A DNA stretch of 7,914 bases, from IMG/VR virus record IMGVR_UViG_3300029095_000093; one strand, 5' to 3'. Shown piece after piece: positions 6,854-7,914 of the stretch. The notes beneath the pieces are model-generated. The model saw only the letters and a program-made list of their open reading frames with translations, made no database searches and was not told where the DNA came from. The stretch is from a virus. Its lineage: Duplodnaviria > Heunggongvirae > Uroviricota > Caudoviricetes. A program made the position numbers and the translations under genes. Every line of letters starts with the position of its first letter. The first letter of the stretch is position 1.

Positions 6854-7300
6854 ATGAATAAAATGACTGTACTATTACTTAGCGCAACTATCATTTCAGG
6901 TTGTACTTCTTCCGTACCATTGATAAAGAAAACTCAATCAGGAAAACCTGAGGGGGTTTATCAAAATACGACAAAAGATAAAGTCAAAGATGCCCTTGTG
7001 AATTACTGCAATAGTAGAGGGTTGATAATTTACAACGCGGATAACAGCAGTGTTATATGTGGTAAAGAACTGGAAGGCGGCTCTGCTGTTTTTGGACAAA
7101 TGTTAATCGGAAATGCCTATTCAACAACCCCGGTATCAAAAGTCAGATTTACTATCGCTCAAGTTAATAACGATACAAAAGTGTGGGCCGATATGTGGAT
7201 GGAAACTCAAATGGCAATGGGACAAGTACAACAAATGGCTATAACAGACAACGCAAGCAAAAACACTATCCAACAACGTCTTGATGAATTAAAACCTTAA
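6854..7300 (+). CDS. Predicted lipoprotein of unknown function, 148 aa, AT-rich moron on the strand opposite to all other phage genes
   Basis: ATG at 6854, TAA at 7298-7300. Signal peptide MNKMTVLLLSATIISGC with lipobox ISGC; Thr at +2 suggests outer-membrane sorting. Composition is visibly AT-rich compared with flanking genes (about 35-40% GC by eye, not computed). Weak SD. I do not recognise the mature sequence. Confidence 0.7.
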   Translation: MNKMTVLLLSATIISGCTSSVPLIKKTQSGKPEGVYQNTTKDKVKDALVNYCNSRGLIIYNADNSSVICGKELEGGSAVFGQMLIGNAYSTTPVSKVRFTIAQVNNDTKVWADMWMETQMAMGQVQQMAITDNASKNTIQQRLDELKP

Positions 7301-7342
7301 GTAAACTAATTAAATAAAATGGGGAGAATAAATCGACTCCCC
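7301..7342 (-). terminator. Intrinsic terminator between the convergent Q and lipoprotein genes (stronger for the minus-strand Q transcript)
   Basis: Stem GGGGAG (7321-7326) / CTCCCC (7337-7342) with a 10-nt loop. On the minus strand it is followed by ATTTTATTTAATT; on the plus strand by ACACATTAAA, which is not U-rich. Lies 43 nt after the Q stop and 21 nt after the lipoprotein stop. Confidence 0.55.
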
Positions 7343-7384
7343 ACACATTAAACTGATTCAATTACCCCCTCAATAAGAGGTCTT

Positions 7385-7750
7385 CTAACGATCCATCTCT
7401 AGCTCAATTTCTAACATCATTAACATGCCATCAACTACACCTTCAGCCTTTTGCAATAAACGCCCAACCCAGCAATCAGAACGCCCATGTTTACGGGCAA
7501 GCGCCATAAACGTCATACCACCTACATAATAATCCACTAATAAATCGTGCAAATCGCTGTTGTTCTTTTTCAGGCGAGCCATGCACCCACAAATGATCAT
7601 CGCGTCATCGTCACAACATTGCGGGCGGGATTTTACTTTTGAAGGGATTAGTCCTTTAAATCCTGCAGCAATAGACGACCAGGTGACATCCTCGTGATTA
7701 TTTGCCACCCATGCCCCCCAACGTTCAAGAACCATTTGAATATCACGCAT
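7385..7750 (-). CDS. Late-gene antitermination protein Q (small phage 82/21-type Q, DLP12 QuuD-like), ~121 aa
   Basis: The track ORF begins at TTG 7765; the first ATG is at 7750-7748, giving [64 protein letters not shown]..., which matches my memory of the DLP12 Q protein. Cys cluster CCDDD...CGC is consistent with a zinc-binding Q. TAG stop at 7387-7385. Confidence 0.8.
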   Translation of the reverse strand: MRDIQMVLERWGAWVANNHEDVTWSSIAAGFKGLIPSKVKSRPQCCDDDAMIICGCMARLKKNNSDLHDLLVDYYVGGMTFMALARKHGRSDCWVGRLLQKAEGVVDGMLMMLEIELEMDR

Positions 7751-7767
7751 CAACTTTCTCCACAAAA

Positions 7768-7914
7768 TCAGGCCAGCACGCCAATTGCCAGCGCACGATC
7801 GATAAAACGAAATATCAGCTCCAGTTGGGAGCCATACTTCTCTTCAAATGCCACGGTATCCGCATGCAGCTCGTCGTGATGCTTTCTGCACAAAGGCAAC
7901 ACAAAGAGGTCATG
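7768..7914 (-). CDS. C-terminal 48 codons of an upstream phage protein with a Cys/His motif (CRKHHDELH); continues beyond the window end
   Basis: This is the only open minus-strand frame through 7914-7771; TGA at 7770-7768, 17 nt before the Q start. Translation ...[48 protein letters not shown]. Possibly the gene that precedes Q in Nin-region-type prophages, but identity is unverified. Confidence 0.45.
   Translation of the reverse strand, partial: HDLFVLPLCRKHHDELHADTVAFEEKYGSQLELIFRFIDRALAIGVLA

Noticed and set aside
7694-7879. Plus-strand ORF 7694-7879
   Set aside because: Antisense to Q and to the upstream partial gene; no support.
1-7914. CRISPR arrays, IS elements, integrase or attachment sites
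   Set aside because: No regularly spaced direct repeats, no terminal inverted repeats flanking a transposase-like ORF and no integrase-like ORF; the window seems to lie entirely inside the prophage.

Overview
This window reads as the late region of a defective lambdoid prophage (enterobacterial, E. coli-like), with almost everything encoded on the minus strand. From high to low coordinates: the 3' end of an upstream phage gene, a small Q antiterminator (phage 82/21 type), an AT-rich cargo insert with a divergently transcribed lipoprotein gene and a small winged-helix-like ORF, an orphan beta-class N6-adenine DNA methyltransferase, a complete pinholin/SAR-endolysin lysis cassette (S21-like holin, a DUF1327-like ORF, SAR lysozyme, nested Rz/Rz1 spanins), an ~815 bp non-coding region with a lambda-like cos site candidate, terminase small and large subunits, and then directly the minor tail genes M and L. 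No head genes lie between the terminase and gpM, so a large internal deletion has probably removed the portal-to-tape-measure block. I found no tRNA, rRNA, CRISPR array, IS element or integrase. The best candidate for something undescribed is the Q-to-lysis cargo (lipoprotein plus small regulator), but the sequence alone does not show what it does. All homology statements are from reading the translations and memory of reference phage proteins; no database search was run.
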